Shown here piece by piece: positions 47,292 through 48,392 of a stretch of 48,392 nt of DNA. How positions within the stretch are numbered: the first letter of the stretch is position 1; each line of letters begins with the position of its first letter. The notes below the pieces were generated by a model. It was not told where the DNA came from. It ran no database searches and was given only the letters and a program-made list of their open reading frames with translations. Made by a program: the position numbers and the translations under genes. The stretch comes from Alphaproteobacteria bacterium (GTDB lineage Bacteria; Pseudomonadota; Alphaproteobacteria; UBA9219; RGZA01): NCBI GenBank assembly GCA_010031785.1, contig RGZA01000001.1, positions 1 to 48,392 of the forward strand. The letters run 5' to 3'.

Positions 47292-48314
47292 ATGGTATCA
47301 CTTAATTTTCCAGTAACGACCGAAAATTTTATGAATTATTTGTCGGTTAGCGGCAAGCAGGATCCCATTTTTGGGCTCCTTTGGCAGGCGCTTATCGGCA
47401 GGACTGGAAACTATGTTGACGCAAATTATGTTCCAAAGCGATGGATCCGGGGAGAAAAATGGTCTCGTGGAGAAATTTTGACAATATGTGCGGCGGCGTA
47501 TGCTGGGCTCGTGCGAATAGATCGCCTTTCGAAGAGCGCAGGTTTATTCACACCACTAAATAGTTTCTTGGACGAGTTGAAGTCACGAGCGGGATCAGGT
47601 GATGAAGCTGACATAAAACTTACGACCATAAATCACACGCATACTGCACTTCAAAGTGCCATTAAGGCTGAATTTAGAAGTATCTCAGAAACTACAGTGA
47701 CTCCACCCTCACTCCCGATACTTCCTATCAAGGACATCATCGCGGTTGGGGCCTATCTACCCAACCCAGTTACGGGGAAATTTTGCCCACGTGATGAAAT
47801 CTGGTTAGCCGCTGCGCTTGATTTATGTAAAAAAAGCGGAATCCCAACAGACCCTCGTCTGAATGTTACCCCCGTTAATCTCATCTATGGCAATGATTTC
47901 CTGAAACATCCAGGTCTAAGAGCCGACCTTGTCGTCGTGTGTTTTGTTATCGATTCCACTTCGGAGAATGGGCGAAAAATCGCGAATGATCCTAGATCCT
48001 TTAATGATGGTTGCGTTAGTAACGCACATTCCCCAACGGCATGGCAAAATGCCGTGAGAAATACGGGCGCAAGGTTCGTCACAACATGCCGAACTATCGT
48101 GCCACATGAGCTTCAAGCCGGAATGGCCATGTCAGGTGGATGGCATGAAGCAAGCGGACAATTTATGGCCAGTGAAGTTGACATGCAATGTTTTGACGGC
48201 GATCCCGCTATTGGGATTCGAGCGATGGCAACATTTCATGCTCCGGAACGTGCAACTTTGGTAGTTGCCAAATCTCACGCCGTTGCTACGCTGTTCGAAC
48301 TTTCGCCAAGATAA
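47292..48314 (+). CDS. hypothetical protein
   Basis: 340-aa ORF. I recognise no motif. Confidence 0.5.
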   Translation: MVSLNFPVTTENFMNYLSVSGKQDPIFGLLWQALIGRTGNYVDANYVPKRWIRGEKWSRGEILTICAAAYAGLVRIDRLSKSAGLFTPLNSFLDELKSRAGSGDEADIKLTTINHTHTALQSAIKAEFRSISETTVTPPSLPILPIKDIIAVGAYLPNPVTGKFCPRDEIWLAAALDLCKKSGIPTDPRLNVTPVNLIYGNDFLKHPGLRADLVVVCFVIDSTSENGRKIANDPRSFNDGCVSNAHSPTAWQNAVRNTGARFVTTCRTIVPHELQAGMAMSGGWHEASGQFMASEVDMQCFDGDPAIGIRAMATFHAPERATLVVAKSHAVATLFELSPR

Positions 48315-48392
48315 TAATTATGTTTCTGAAGCAGATAGCAACTGCTCGCGTTTTTGAAAACAATTCAAACAAAGTTCAGATTAATAGTTTCG

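Larger units (their letters stand above)
36371..48392. mobile_element. genomic island 2, without an integrase and probably a decayed older insertion; continues past the window end
   Basis: It starts at the relic att. It contains the type I R-M operon, an excisionase, a truncated PrimPol, and orphan ORFs of mixed composition. No second att copy or return to core genes occurs before 48392. Confidence 0.45.

Noticed and set aside
1-48392. CRISPR arrays, IS elements or transposases, rRNA, additional tRNAs, retron-like ncRNA
   Set aside because: I saw no regularly spaced repeat arrays, no transposase-like ORFs with terminal inverted repeats, and no further cloverleaf candidates on either strand. 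This was a visual scan only, so small ncRNAs cannot be excluded.

Overview
The window looks like an alphaproteobacterial chromosome, judged from gene content and order. Positions 1-26 kb are a conserved, probably origin-proximal housekeeping block. On the minus strand: metK, an XRE regulator, lnt, ybeY-corC, miaB, olsA, olsB, mucR, rimI, tsaB, an FMN reductase, a NifU-like protein, recF, dnaN, dnaA and rpsT. The strand then switches to plus for prs, rplY, pth, ychF, an MlaC-like protein, serC, serA and a secreted protein, followed by gap and tkt on the minus strand. A tRNA-Ser(GGA) at 26224-26313 is the integration site for what looks like two tandem genomic islands that run to the window end. 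Island 1 (about 26.3-36.4 kb) carries a P4-type integrase, AlpA, a possible Rep with iterons, a 1596-aa type ISP restriction-modification enzyme, and a HEPN-like/Pif1-like fusion ORF that lacks a Walker A motif. Island 2 (36.4 kb to beyond 48.4 kb) has no integrase. It carries a type I R-M operon (hsdM, hsdS, hsdR) interrupted by a HEPN/MNT pair, with MNT fused in frame to HsdS, and by an unassigned PD-(D/E)xK nuclease sitting between hsdS and hsdR. It also has a decayed excisionase/PrimPol module and four orphan ORFs. The best candidates for an undescribed system are the effectors embedded in the R-M operon and the HEPN-like/Pif1 fusion. The core block has its own oddities: serA with an internal deletion, tsaB frameshifted at a dinucleotide repeat, a ybeY-corC fusion with no phoH at the locus, and a 3 x 15 bp tandem repeat. 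No CRISPR array, rRNA or IS element was seen.
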